A DNA stretch of 64,000 bases. It comes from Planctomycetota bacterium. Its GTDB lineage: Bacteria > Planctomycetota > GCA-002687715 > DRQF01. Position 1 is the stretch's first letter; each line of letters starts with the position of its first letter. The stretch spans positions 25,866 through 89,865 of the forward strand of contig JAZGFI010000147.1 of assembly GCA_036479435.1 (NCBI GenBank). The letters run 5' to 3'. Under the pieces are notes generated by a model. It was not told where the DNA came from. It worked only from the letters and a program-made list of their open reading frames with translations, and searched no databases. The position numbers and the translations under genes were made by a program. Below, piece after piece: positions 49,354 to 57,578 of this stretch.

Positions 49354-51083
49354 TTCTTGACCTTTTCGCTAGTGAGGTTGGCGCGCGCATCGCGGATACG
49401 CGGGAAGACCTTTTCGCGGGAGATGCCGAGGTCGGCGAGGGTGTCGTTGTCGGCCCAAGCGCGGTTTTGGGTGTAGCAAGTGTTGATGACTTGGCCCTTG
49501 TCGGCGAGTCGTTCGATGGCCAGCGTCAAAAACGCCATCATGTCGCCTTCGCGCACCAAAGCGTCAAGCTCGTCCCACAGGATACGGGCGCCGTGGGCAG
49601 TGAGTTTTGCCAGGCCGATGAACTCGCCGTGGGCTTTGTCGTTGCCGAGCTCTTTCGAGGCCTTGACGATGAGGTCATTTTTCATGATGACTTTCTCGTC
49701 TTCGGCGTCGAGGCTTTTGCGCTTATCGACGGCCAAGACGATGTCGCCGTCGGTCGCCATGAGGTCCTCAAGGATGCTCGGTTCGAAGATGATATCGCCG
49801 TAGACGACGATGAGATTGCGATCGAATTTGCGGGCCAGCCACAGCGAAGTCGCCATGTTAGTGACCTGAAAGAAGGGGTTAAACACAAAGTCGCCGCGGA
49901 ACTTCTCGGCGCGAAGGTAGTGTTCGACTTGGCGGTTGTTGTGTCCGGTGACGACGCTGACGCGACCCGAGGGGATGCCCGCCAACTCCAAGTTTTGCAG
50001 TTGGTGCTGCACAATGGTCGAGCCACCGACGTCCAGCATGCACTTGTGCTTGTTGGTCGTTAGTGAACCGAAACCGTTGGAAGGGCCGGCCGACAAGATG
50101 ACGGCGTCCATGTCGCGTTCGAGGCGGTCATGTACCGTCATCGCGACGGTGTGCATGGTGTCGATGCATTCGACCGGGTACTCGCCGATCGCGGTTTCTT
50201 CTGACAGCATCAAGATCGCAGCCCCATCGATAACGGCGTTAGCGATGTCGGATACTTCCGCCATCGTCGGCAGTGGATGCGTCATCATCGACAACAAAAA
50301 CTGCGAAGCGATGACCACGTCAACGTCGAAGATCTTCGCGCGATCGAGCACCATCTTTTGGGTGAGCGGAACGTTTTCTTTGCCAATTTCGGCTTCGAGA
50401 TCGCCGCGATCGATCATGATGACGTCGGCGTCTTTCAAGATCTTGTCGACGGATTGAACCGCTTCGGCAGTTTCGACTTTAGCGACAAGTCGGATGCCCG
50501 TGCCGACGAGCTGAGCCTTCATGCGGCGTACGTGTTCGACGCGGCGCACAAACGACAGCCCGATGTAGTCCACGCCCGTTTCAATGGCAATGTTGAGCAG
50601 GTCAATATCCCGCTCGAAATCGAAGGGGATCTCGCCGTGGATGCCCTTGACGTTGACGCCCTTGCGGTTGGCGAGGGGCCCGCCGACAATGACTTTGGTT
50701 TTGATGTTTTCGATTTCGATGGCGGTCACTTCGAGTTTGATCGTTCCGTCCGCCGCTGACATCAAGTCACCGGACTTGAGGCTCTTGTAAAAGGGGCGGT
50801 AGGTGAGCATGTCCGGGGTCAAGACGAATTCTTGTCCGGCTTTGAGCTGGATCGGCTCTTTGATGTTGTCGGTGCGGACTTTGTTGCCCGGCAAGTCCAA
50901 GAGGATCTCGACGCCTTTGGGAAGGTCTTTACGCAGGCCCTTGATCATCTTGGTGACGTCATCCAAAGAGCCGTGGGCTCCGTTGACGCGCGCGATGTTC
51001 ATTCCGGCCGCATGGAACTTGATGAGCCAACTTTTGGCGGCGGTTTTGGGGCCAATCGTGCAGATGAATCGCGGGGTCGGCAT
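49350..51083 (-). CDS. Fusion of a divergent pyruvate-kinase barrel (aa 1-~324) and a LicC-type nucleotidyltransferase (aa ~325-577)
   Basis: ICTIGP, ARVNGAHG, AKVET, DRGDL, SEETAIGEYP; then AVILSAG..KCML, YGDIIF, GEFIGLAKL, WADNDT. Confidence 0.85.
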   Translation of the reverse strand: MPTPRFICTIGPKTAAKSWLIKFHAAGMNIARVNGAHGSLDDVTKMIKGLRKDLPKGVEILLDLPGNKVRTDNIKEPIQLKAGQEFVLTPDMLTYRPFYKSLKSGDLMSAADGTIKLEVTAIEIENIKTKVIVGGPLANRKGVNVKGIHGEIPFDFERDIDLLNIAIETGVDYIGLSFVRRVEHVRRMKAQLVGTGIRLVAKVETAEAVQSVDKILKDADVIMIDRGDLEAEIGKENVPLTQKMVLDRAKIFDVDVVIASQFLLSMMTHPLPTMAEVSDIANAVIDGAAILMLSEETAIGEYPVECIDTMHTVAMTVHDRLERDMDAVILSAGPSNGFGSLTTNKHKCMLDVGGSTIVQHQLQNLELAGIPSGRVSVVTGHNNRQVEHYLRAEKFRGDFVFNPFFQVTNMATSLWLARKFDRNLIVVYGDIIFEPSILEDLMATDGDIVLAVDKRKSLDAEDEKVIMKNDLIVKASKELGNDKAHGEFIGLAKLTAHGARILWDELDALVREGDMMAFLTLAIERLADKGQVINTCYTQNRAWADNDTLADLGISREKVFPRIRDARANLTSEKVKK

Positions 51084-51226
51084 GGTGAAGGCATCCGGGG
51101 CTCGAGGTAAAGGCGGCGTAAGGCCTTTATGATAGGCTTCCGACGCGAATTCAAGCAGTCCCCGGCCTCACTTGCATCTTGATTCAACGGGGATCTTGCC
51201 GCTTCAGCCGGGAGAACAGCGAAGGG

Positions 51227-53110
51227 ATGAACGAAACCGAGGATCCAGCCCGCGAGCAGCCCGCCCGCGCCTCGGAGCTGCTTCGTTTGCGTTGGCCGAT
51301 CTTGTTGGCGCTGGCGGCCCTTCCCGCGCATATTTTTGATGCGGAATTCGTCCGGGCCCTGAATCCAGACCGCCCCTTTGCCCTCGATAGCACGGCCTTG
51401 TGGTTCGACCATTCCTCCACCCGCAGCCTTTTGGCCTTCTTTTTTGTCCTGTTCTTTTTGGGATTTGGCGTCCGTCGGCTGCGCCATTGGCGTTTGCCAG
51501 CCACGGCTTTCGCCATGGCCTGGATTTGCGAACAGCTCATCGTGGGGGTTTTGAAGCGCGTCGTCGCGCGCCCGCGACCGATTCATCCGGACGGAATCTT
51601 AGAGTCCTTGCGCCCGCTTTTCGACCACGCGGATTTGAAGAGTTTTCCCTCCGGTCATTCGGGCACCGCGTTTTGCTGTGCTCTATTGATCTCGCTGTGG
51701 GCGCGGCGGCCCTTGGTGACGTGGATAGCTTTGTCCTTTGCCGGTCTGGTCGCGATTAGCCGGTCCTATGTGGGCGCTCACTACCTCTCCGACATCCTAT
51801 TCGGCGCGGCGGTAGGGTGGGCGACGGCGATCGTAGGGTGGAAAGCGGCGGTCATCGCCCGTCGAAACGTCGAGATCTTGGAATTCAGTTTCGGCCAACG
51901 TTGTCTTTTTTTGTTGGCGGCCCCCATCGCGTTTGGGTGGCTGTTCCAGTCGCCCCTGGAGCTGCTGCTGTACCCTGCCGCTCCCGAACTCCAGCTGGTA
52001 TCGCGGCCCACGGCTTTTTCGCTGTTGACCGAACCAGTGACCGGGCCTGCGCTCGAAGTAGCGTCTTGGCCGGAGCTAAGGATTTTTCTTTACGCCGGCG
52101 CACTGTGGTCCATGGTCATTGCGCTGGCTTTGGCCTTTTTTGCCAAGCGTCGCGGGATTCTCGCCGCCGCCGTGATGCTTGTGATGGCCGTGGTCATCGT
52201 GGCCTTGGCGTTGACTGGTCAGGCCTTTGGGCCGAGGCTGAGCGTTGAGAAGAGCCCGGGAGCCGCTTCCTGCCTCGTGGCCGATTTCCAGTCGCACTTG
52301 GACGATCCCGTTGACGGCGCGCAGTCGATGGCGTCTGGCTTGAAGAGGTTCGAGACCGCCGGATTCAGCTATGTCCAACCCACTTGGCACAACCGCTGGG
52401 TTGAGGGACGGGTGCTGCGCGACGGAAAATGGGAGAAATCGGGTATCTTTGGGATGGAGTGGAGTGGGGGGGCTCCGACCGAGTCGGTCCTACACCTGCT
52501 CATCTTTAGTCGCGACGCAAAGCCCGCTGATCTGGGGTCGGAGGCTAGTTTTAGTCGCCTGCTGTCGCGAGCGGCCCAAGCCGGAGCCGTGGTCTACGCT
52601 TCTCATGCTTGGCGCGGAGATGAGGGCGGCCTTCGACCCTTGTTCGAACCGGCAAACTTGGCCCGGCTAACCGGCGTCGAGATCGCGGGGCGTCATCAAG
52701 AGATCGCTAGCCACACCTTGAAGAGACAAGAGGCCCTGCGCGCTCTGGCGAAGGAACACGGGTTGAAGATGTTGACCGATAGCGATTTTCACGGAAAGCG
52801 ATCGGCGAACTCGCACTGGAATCTTATCTTGATGCGGGACGGCGAGTCGGACGTCGATGCGGTTTGGGCCGCTTTGAGCGACCGGGAGCGTAAGGTCACC
52901 ACGGTGGCCGCGGACCGCCCCTTCGTTTGGCCGACAGCGAATGCTTGGCTCAGGCCGCCTTTGGCCGTTCTGCGTTATTCCCGCGGGCTGACTTTGGCGC
53001 AGCGCTGTTCGTGGTTCGCATGGCTGGGACTGGCGTTTTTGGTCCTAGGGCTGTGGAAACGTCGGGGCCGAGTTTTAGAATCGAGACGTTTGGCGCGCCG
53101 AGCAATCTAG
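51227..53110 (+). CDS. PAP2 phosphatase fused to a PHP-like domain, membrane protein
   Basis: LKRVVARPRP, SFPSGHS, SRSYVGAHYLSD; then DFQSH, GMEW, HLL, SHAW, DSDFHG. Confidence 0.8.
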   Translation: MNETEDPAREQPARASELLRLRWPILLALAALPAHIFDAEFVRALNPDRPFALDSTALWFDHSSTRSLLAFFFVLFFLGFGVRRLRHWRLPATAFAMAWICEQLIVGVLKRVVARPRPIHPDGILESLRPLFDHADLKSFPSGHSGTAFCCALLISLWARRPLVTWIALSFAGLVAISRSYVGAHYLSDILFGAAVGWATAIVGWKAAVIARRNVEILEFSFGQRCLFLLAAPIAFGWLFQSPLELLLYPAAPELQLVSRPTAFSLLTEPVTGPALEVASWPELRIFLYAGALWSMVIALALAFFAKRRGILAAAVMLVMAVVIVALALTGQAFGPRLSVEKSPGAASCLVADFQSHLDDPVDGAQSMASGLKRFETAGFSYVQPTWHNRWVEGRVLRDGKWEKSGIFGMEWSGGAPTESVLHLLIFSRDAKPADLGSEASFSRLLSRAAQAGAVVYASHAWRGDEGGLRPLFEPANLARLTGVEIAGRHQEIASHTLKRQEALRALAKEHGLKMLTDSDFHGKRSANSHWNLILMRDGESDVDAVWAALSDRERKVTTVAADRPFVWPTANAWLRPPLAVLRYSRGLTLAQRCSWFAWLGLAFLVLGLWKRRGRVLESRRLARRAI

Positions 53111-53130
53111 GACCGAGCCGGGGGCATCTC

Positions 53131-53196
53131 GCACCTGACAACAGGACCGAGTTGCTTATCGCGCCTGACAACAGGACCGAGTTGCTTATCGCGCCT
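53131..53196. repeat. 30-bp tandem duplication spanning the PTS IIA stop codon
   Basis: GC(A/G)CCTGACAACAGGACCGAGTTGCTTATC twice (53131, 53161), then GCGCCT. Confidence 0.9.
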
Positions 53197-53680
53197 CGGT
53201 GAGAATGGCGACGGCGCTTTTGGTGTCTTTGGTGCCGAGGAGGCGGTTGCGCACTTGCTCGTCACGGAAGTAACGCGTGATGAGGCCGAGGATCGAAAGG
53301 TACTCGGTATGGCGCAACTCAGGGGCCGCAATCATGAAGATGATGTGGACCAAGCGGCCGTCTTGGGAATCAAAGGGGATTCCGGTCTTCGAGAGACCGA
53401 CCACCATGCAGAATTCTTTGACTTGCGCGATCTTGGCGTGGGGCACGGCCAAACAGTGACCAATGCCCGTCGACAGGATTTTCTCACGGTCTTTGATGGC
53501 GCGCCGGAGCTTTTCTTTACTGGTCACCTCTTTGCGGCGAGCCAGCGCCTCAATGAGGATCTCCAAAGCGTCGATCTTGTTCTTCGTTTCGAGCCGTACG
53601 ACCCCCCGCGCGTTGACGAGCGCTCCGAGGTCGAAGGTGTAATCCTGCGGTGAATAGGCCATGCCCGGACGATACGGCAT
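53186..53680 (-). CDS. ptsN: PTS EIIA (Ntr/fructose-type) protein
   Basis: REKILSTGIGHCLAVPHAK, GIPFDSQDG..VHIIFMI; start may be ATG 53662. Confidence 0.8.
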   Translation of the reverse strand: MPYRPGMAYSPQDYTFDLGALVNARGVVRLETKNKIDALEILIEALARRKEVTSKEKLRRAIKDREKILSTGIGHCLAVPHAKIAQVKEFCMVVGLSKTGIPFDSQDGRLVHIIFMIAAPELRHTEYLSILGLITRYFRDEQVRNRLLGTKDTKSAVAILTEAR

Positions 53681-53762
53681 CTGCCGGGGAAATCAACTGG
53701 AGAAGCTCCCCCAGGGAGCTAAGATACCGCGCTAATCGATTAGAACGGAATGAGGTGGCAAG

Positions 53763-54704
53763 ATGTCGGACGTTCTCAACACCAAAGTGGCAATCATCGG
53801 GTCGGGGCCCGCGGGCTGGACCGCGGCCCTCTACACGGCAAGAGCCAACCTAGAGCCCATCGTTTTTGAGGGCCTTCAGCCCGGCGGGCAGCTGACGATC
53901 ACCACGGAAGTCGAGAATTTCCCGGGCTACCCCGAAGGCATTCAGGGCCCCGACATGATGCTTGAGTTCAAGGCTCAGGCGGCGCGCTTCGGCACGGTGA
54001 TCAAAAGCGAGCAGATCGTCGAAGTGGACTTTTCACAACGTCCCTTCCGCCTAAAGGGAGATGAAACCGAAGTCCTCGCGGACACCGTGATCATCTCCAC
54101 TGGCGCCACCGCGCGCTACATGAACCTGCCCGGCGAAGATGCCTTCCACAACAAGGGCCTCAGTGCCTGCGCCACTTGCGACGGGTTCTTTTTCCGCGGC
54201 AAGGACTTGGTCGTCATCGGCGGCGGCGACTCGGCCTGCGAAGAGGCGACCTTCCTCACTAAATTCAGCCCCAAAGTCACCATGATCCACCGTCGCGACG
54301 AATTCCGCGCCAGCAAGATTATGGCGCAGCGCGTCTTTGACAACGACAAGATCGACGTCAAATGGAACACGAACTTGAAGGGCTACCACGGCGACGACAA
54401 CGGCGTCATCGTGGCGGTTGATCTTGAGAGCACCAAGACCGGTGCAATCGAGAAGTTCCCGACCCAAGGCGTCTTCATGGCGATCGGCCACAAACCCAAC
54501 ACGGGCATCTTCAAGGGCAAGATGGAACTCGACAAAGCGGGCTATATCATCACCAAGCCTGACTGCACCCTTACCGACATTGAAGGCGTCTTCGCTTGCG
54601 GCGACGTCCAAGATACGGTTTACCGTCAGGCGATCACCGCTGCCGGTTCAGGTTGCATGGCCGCTATCGACGCCGAGCGTTGGTTAGAAGCTCACCACGG
54701 ATAA
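53763..54704 (+). CDS. trxB: Thioredoxin-disulfide reductase
   Basis: IIGSGPAG, GGQL..TTEVENFPG, CATCDG, GGGDSA, HRRD, RQAITAAG. Confidence 0.97.
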   Translation: MSDVLNTKVAIIGSGPAGWTAALYTARANLEPIVFEGLQPGGQLTITTEVENFPGYPEGIQGPDMMLEFKAQAARFGTVIKSEQIVEVDFSQRPFRLKGDETEVLADTVIISTGATARYMNLPGEDAFHNKGLSACATCDGFFFRGKDLVVIGGGDSACEEATFLTKFSPKVTMIHRRDEFRASKIMAQRVFDNDKIDVKWNTNLKGYHGDDNGVIVAVDLESTKTGAIEKFPTQGVFMAIGHKPNTGIFKGKMELDKAGYIITKPDCTLTDIEGVFACGDVQDTVYRQAITAAGSGCMAAIDAERWLEAHHG

Positions 54705-54822
54705 GTTCTTGGTCTTTCATCCTGTTTCGCTCGCCTCGAATTCATTTTCATTTGGGGCGGGTGTCGTTTTGCTTGGGCCCCGGCGACAGCCGCAGGGCTT
54801 CATCACAGGGGTTTGACGCCTG

Positions 54823-55737
54823 ATGAGCCTCGGAACGCTCTTTGACAAAGCGCTGGCCGCGATGCTTCCCATCGTGCCGCGACCGATCGTGCGCAAGGTC
54901 GCCTGGCGCTATGTCGCTGGCGAGAGCCTCGACGATGCCGTTGCCTGCATTAAGCGTTTGAACGCCAAGGGTGCCATGGCCACGCTGGATGTCTTGGGCG
55001 AAGAGATCGCCAGCCTTGACCAAAGCCATGAAGCCGTTGCCGCCTACCTCGATGCGCTCGATGCCATCGAACGCGAGGGCCTCGATGCCAACATCTCCAT
55101 CAAACTGACGGCGTTTGGCCAACGACTTGACGAAGAGGTCATGCACCAAGGCGTGGTCAAAGTCCTCGAGCGCGCGATTGCTTCCAAACGCTTCGTACGC
55201 ATGGACATGGAAGACAGCTCGACAACTTCGGCAACTTTGGACTATTACCGTCGCTTACGAAAAGAGGGCTACGGTGACGAGCAAGTCGGCGTTGTTCTTC
55301 AGGCCTACATGCGGCGTAGCCGAGCGGATGTCGCGGATTTGTCTGCCCTTGAGGCCAGTTATCGGCTCTGTAAGGGAATCTATGTCGAGCGCGAAGAAGT
55401 GGCCTTCAAAGAGTTCGCGGAAGTACGCAGCAACTACCTCGCGCTTTTGCGGCAGATGTTTGAGGCCGGAAGTTACGTCGGTATTGCCACTCACGACCAC
55501 TACCTTGTCGACGAAGCCGAAGACTTGATTCGTGAACTTGGTCTAGCGAAAGAACAGTACGAATTCCAAATGCTCTTGGGGGTCGACGAGCCCTTAGTGC
55601 AACGTCTCATCGGCGCCGGGCATCGCCTTCGGATCTACGTTCCCTACGGCAAAGACTGGTACGCCTATAGTATTCGCCGTCTAAAAGAGAACCCTCGGAT
55701 CGGTCGCTACATCCTCATGGGAATGTTCAAGAAATGA
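54823..55737 (+). CDS. Monofunctional proline dehydrogenase
   Basis: RYVAGE, DVLGE, SIKLT, RMDMED, RLCKGIY, ATHD, EFQMLLG, YVPYG, RRLKE. Confidence 0.92.
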   Translation: MSLGTLFDKALAAMLPIVPRPIVRKVAWRYVAGESLDDAVACIKRLNAKGAMATLDVLGEEIASLDQSHEAVAAYLDALDAIEREGLDANISIKLTAFGQRLDEEVMHQGVVKVLERAIASKRFVRMDMEDSSTTSATLDYYRRLRKEGYGDEQVGVVLQAYMRRSRADVADLSALEASYRLCKGIYVEREEVAFKEFAEVRSNYLALLRQMFEAGSYVGIATHDHYLVDEAEDLIRELGLAKEQYEFQMLLGVDEPLVQRLIGAGHRLRIYVPYGKDWYAYSIRRLKENPRIGRYILMGMFKK

Positions 55738-56399
55738 CCACGGATTCCGACCTTCCGCTCGAAGTCGTACGCGAAGCCGAACTCGCCCTGCTGAAATTGA
55801 TGATCAGGGAGGCCTGTCACAAGTTCAACAACCGGATCTCCGAGATTGAAACCCAGGTGGTGTTAGCGGAGAGCGAGATATTAGAGCCCGAGTCCCTTCG
55901 CCGCCGGCATTTAAGTGCCCGGGAATCGCTACGTGATCTAACGGCTGATGTAAGGGTCCTGCATGACCAGGCGCGGGGCGCCACCGACGCGGTCGACCAC
56001 TTTTCACTCTTGGATCTTCGCTTGTCGATCATGCCTTACCTCCAAACGGCCTCGCTACAGCGGTCTCCTTGGCGCGTCGTAGGCGGCGAATCTTGGAAGA
56101 CGATCGCCGCGGGAGATACCCGAGCCTGGCAGCGATCGTTCTTGATGCTGGCCGAGTCGTTTTCGCAGTCAGTGTTCGAAGGCGCCGCTTCGCCGCGGCT
56201 TCGATGCGACGATCGCGACGGCTTCGGCGTGGTCATCAAGATGGAGGGCTGCATTGACCGTGATCTTTGTGAAAAGTCGGCCTTGTTTCGTCTCGGCCGA
56301 CAAACAGCCGAGGAACTCGGTTTGATTTGTCAGCTCATCGCCTTAGATTCGGACGATGAATGTTGCCTAAGTCTCGAACTTCAAGGCACCAGCGCTTGA
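55734..56399 (+). CDS. Hypothetical protein, degenerate histidine-kinase-like
   Basis: ACHKFNNRISEI resembles an H-box; no clear N/G boxes; ATGA overlap with proline dehydrogenase. Confidence 0.5.
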   Translation: MTTDSDLPLEVVREAELALLKLMIREACHKFNNRISEIETQVVLAESEILEPESLRRRHLSARESLRDLTADVRVLHDQARGATDAVDHFSLLDLRLSIMPYLQTASLQRSPWRVVGGESWKTIAAGDTRAWQRSFLMLAESFSQSVFEGAASPRLRCDDRDGFGVVIKMEGCIDRDLCEKSALFRLGRQTAEELGLICQLIALDSDDECCLSLELQGTSA

Positions 56400-56449
56400 C
56401 CCTTCAACCTAAAGCTTAGAAGATATCGCCGCATCCTAGATGCACCCAC

Positions 56450-56535
56450 GGGCAAGTGGCGGAATTGGTAGACGCACGGGACTTAAAATCCCGAGTTCCT
56501 TATGGAGCGTGAGGGTTCGAGTCCCTCCTTGCCTA
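56450..56535 (+). tRNA. tRNA-Leu (anticodon TAA), CCA not encoded
   Basis: GGGCAAG/CTTGCCT acceptor stem, GTGGCGGAATTGGTAGACGC D arm, CGGGA-CTTAAAA-TCCCG anticodon arm, long variable arm, GAGGGTTCGAGTCCCTC T arm. Confidence 0.96.
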
Positions 56536-56539
56536 TTTA

Positions 56540-56723
56540 CAACCTGCATCGCCCTCCATCTCGTGGAGCCAGGGCGACACGACGCCTCCTGGCCGGCGTT
56601 GCTCGGGCTCGGCGATGTAGACATCGCCTGCGCCCTCGCGCCTTGGCCAGAAGGCGTCGTGACGCCCTGGGCGCGTAGGCCCCTGGCCTACGCTCTCCAC
56701 GATATGGAGGGCGAGGCAGGTTG
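56540..56723. repeat. Nested 184-nt imperfect inverted repeat directly after tRNA-Leu
   Basis: 56540-56568 pairs with 56695-56723 (27/29); 56569-56594 pairs with 56645-56670 (24/26); inner hairpins GGCGATGT-AG-ACATCGCC and GCGTAGGCC-CCT-GGCCTACGC. Confidence 0.88.
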
Positions 56724-56793
56724 GGAGAACAGCCTGAGGCAGAGTTCTGTTATTGGTGGGCGGAATTCAAGTACCGAAAGTTAAGGCGGAGAA

Positions 56794-56849
56794 TGGGCGC
56801 GTAGGCCCCTGGCCTACGCTCTCCACGATATGGAGGGCGAGGCAGGTTG
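56794..56849. repeat. Exact 56-bp direct repeat of 56668-56723
   Basis: TGGGCGCGTAGGCCCCTGGCCTACGCTCTCCACGATATGGAGGGCGAGGCAGGTTG at both positions. Confidence 0.92.
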
Positions 56850-56928
56850 TGAGAATACCCGAGGCAAAACCATCATTGTTCGTCGCATGGATAGAACAGC
56901 ATGGCGACGCTGAAAAGGGCCGGTCGCC

Positions 56929-57573
56929 CTATTGCACGGCACCATCTTGGCCCGCAGGGAGTAGTGGCAAGACGAAAGAGATTTTTCGTAGCGAACGTCG
57001 ATAGGCCATGCCCGGGATTAGACTTTTCGAGACGTCTGAAGACTGCTGCCAAAGACTCTGATAAACCGCATCATCAAGTTCGTTGGCGATAACTGAGTCC
57101 GCTAGACCGATGACGTTCTGAGATTCGGTAAACCGCTTATTTTCTTGGCCACCGCACCAAACGGCAATTCCAGCGACCGGAGCACGGCGAGTTGGTGGCA
57201 TCTCAAAGACTGGTGCAAAGCCCATAACTTCGGAAAGACCTGTTTTCACTTTTCGTTGAATTCGCACTTCGCGACGATCTTCTTGGGTGGTTGTCTTAAC
57301 GACCCAATTCGTGTCAACTCTCAAGACCTCAAGAAATCGATCCAAGTCAGTGATCGTTTGCATTCGGGGAAACGAGACAACTGCGACCTGGCCGCTTTCC
57401 CCAGCAGCTTCACAAGTTTGATTTAGCAGATCGAAATCTGTCCACACTTCTAGTTCAGCAAAAAGCAACCGGCCCTTCTGCATTGCCATGGCGGGAAAAG
57501 CACAACCAATGAGGTTCGGGCGAAGCCATGTTTTCACTTGAAGTGGGCCGTCTTCTTGGCCGAGAGTTGCCAC
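56929..57573 (-). CDS. Hypothetical protein in a lower-GC islet
   Basis: 214-codon ORF, GTG start after a purine-rich stretch; IGCAF and MGFAP..MPPTRRAP motifs. Confidence 0.6.
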   Translation of the reverse strand: MATLGQEDGPLQVKTWLRPNLIGCAFPAMAMQKGRLLFAELEVWTDFDLLNQTCEAAGESGQVAVVSFPRMQTITDLDRFLEVLRVDTNWVVKTTTQEDRREVRIQRKVKTGLSEVMGFAPVFEMPPTRRAPVAGIAVWCGGQENKRFTESQNVIGLADSVIANELDDAVYQSLWQQSSDVSKSLIPGMAYRRSLRKISFVLPLLPAGQDGAVQ

Positions 57574-57578
57574 TCTCT

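Noticed and set aside
53131..53196. 30-bp repeats as CRISPR
   Set aside because: The copies are directly adjacent with no spacers.
56537..56727. Hairpin as an integron attC site or retron msr-msd
   Set aside because: It has AAC...GTT ends but is longer than known attC sites and branched; no integron integrase or reverse transcriptase is in the window.
56668..56849. Two 56-bp repeats as a CRISPR array
   Set aside because: Only two copies, repeat too long, 70-nt gap, and no cas genes in the window.
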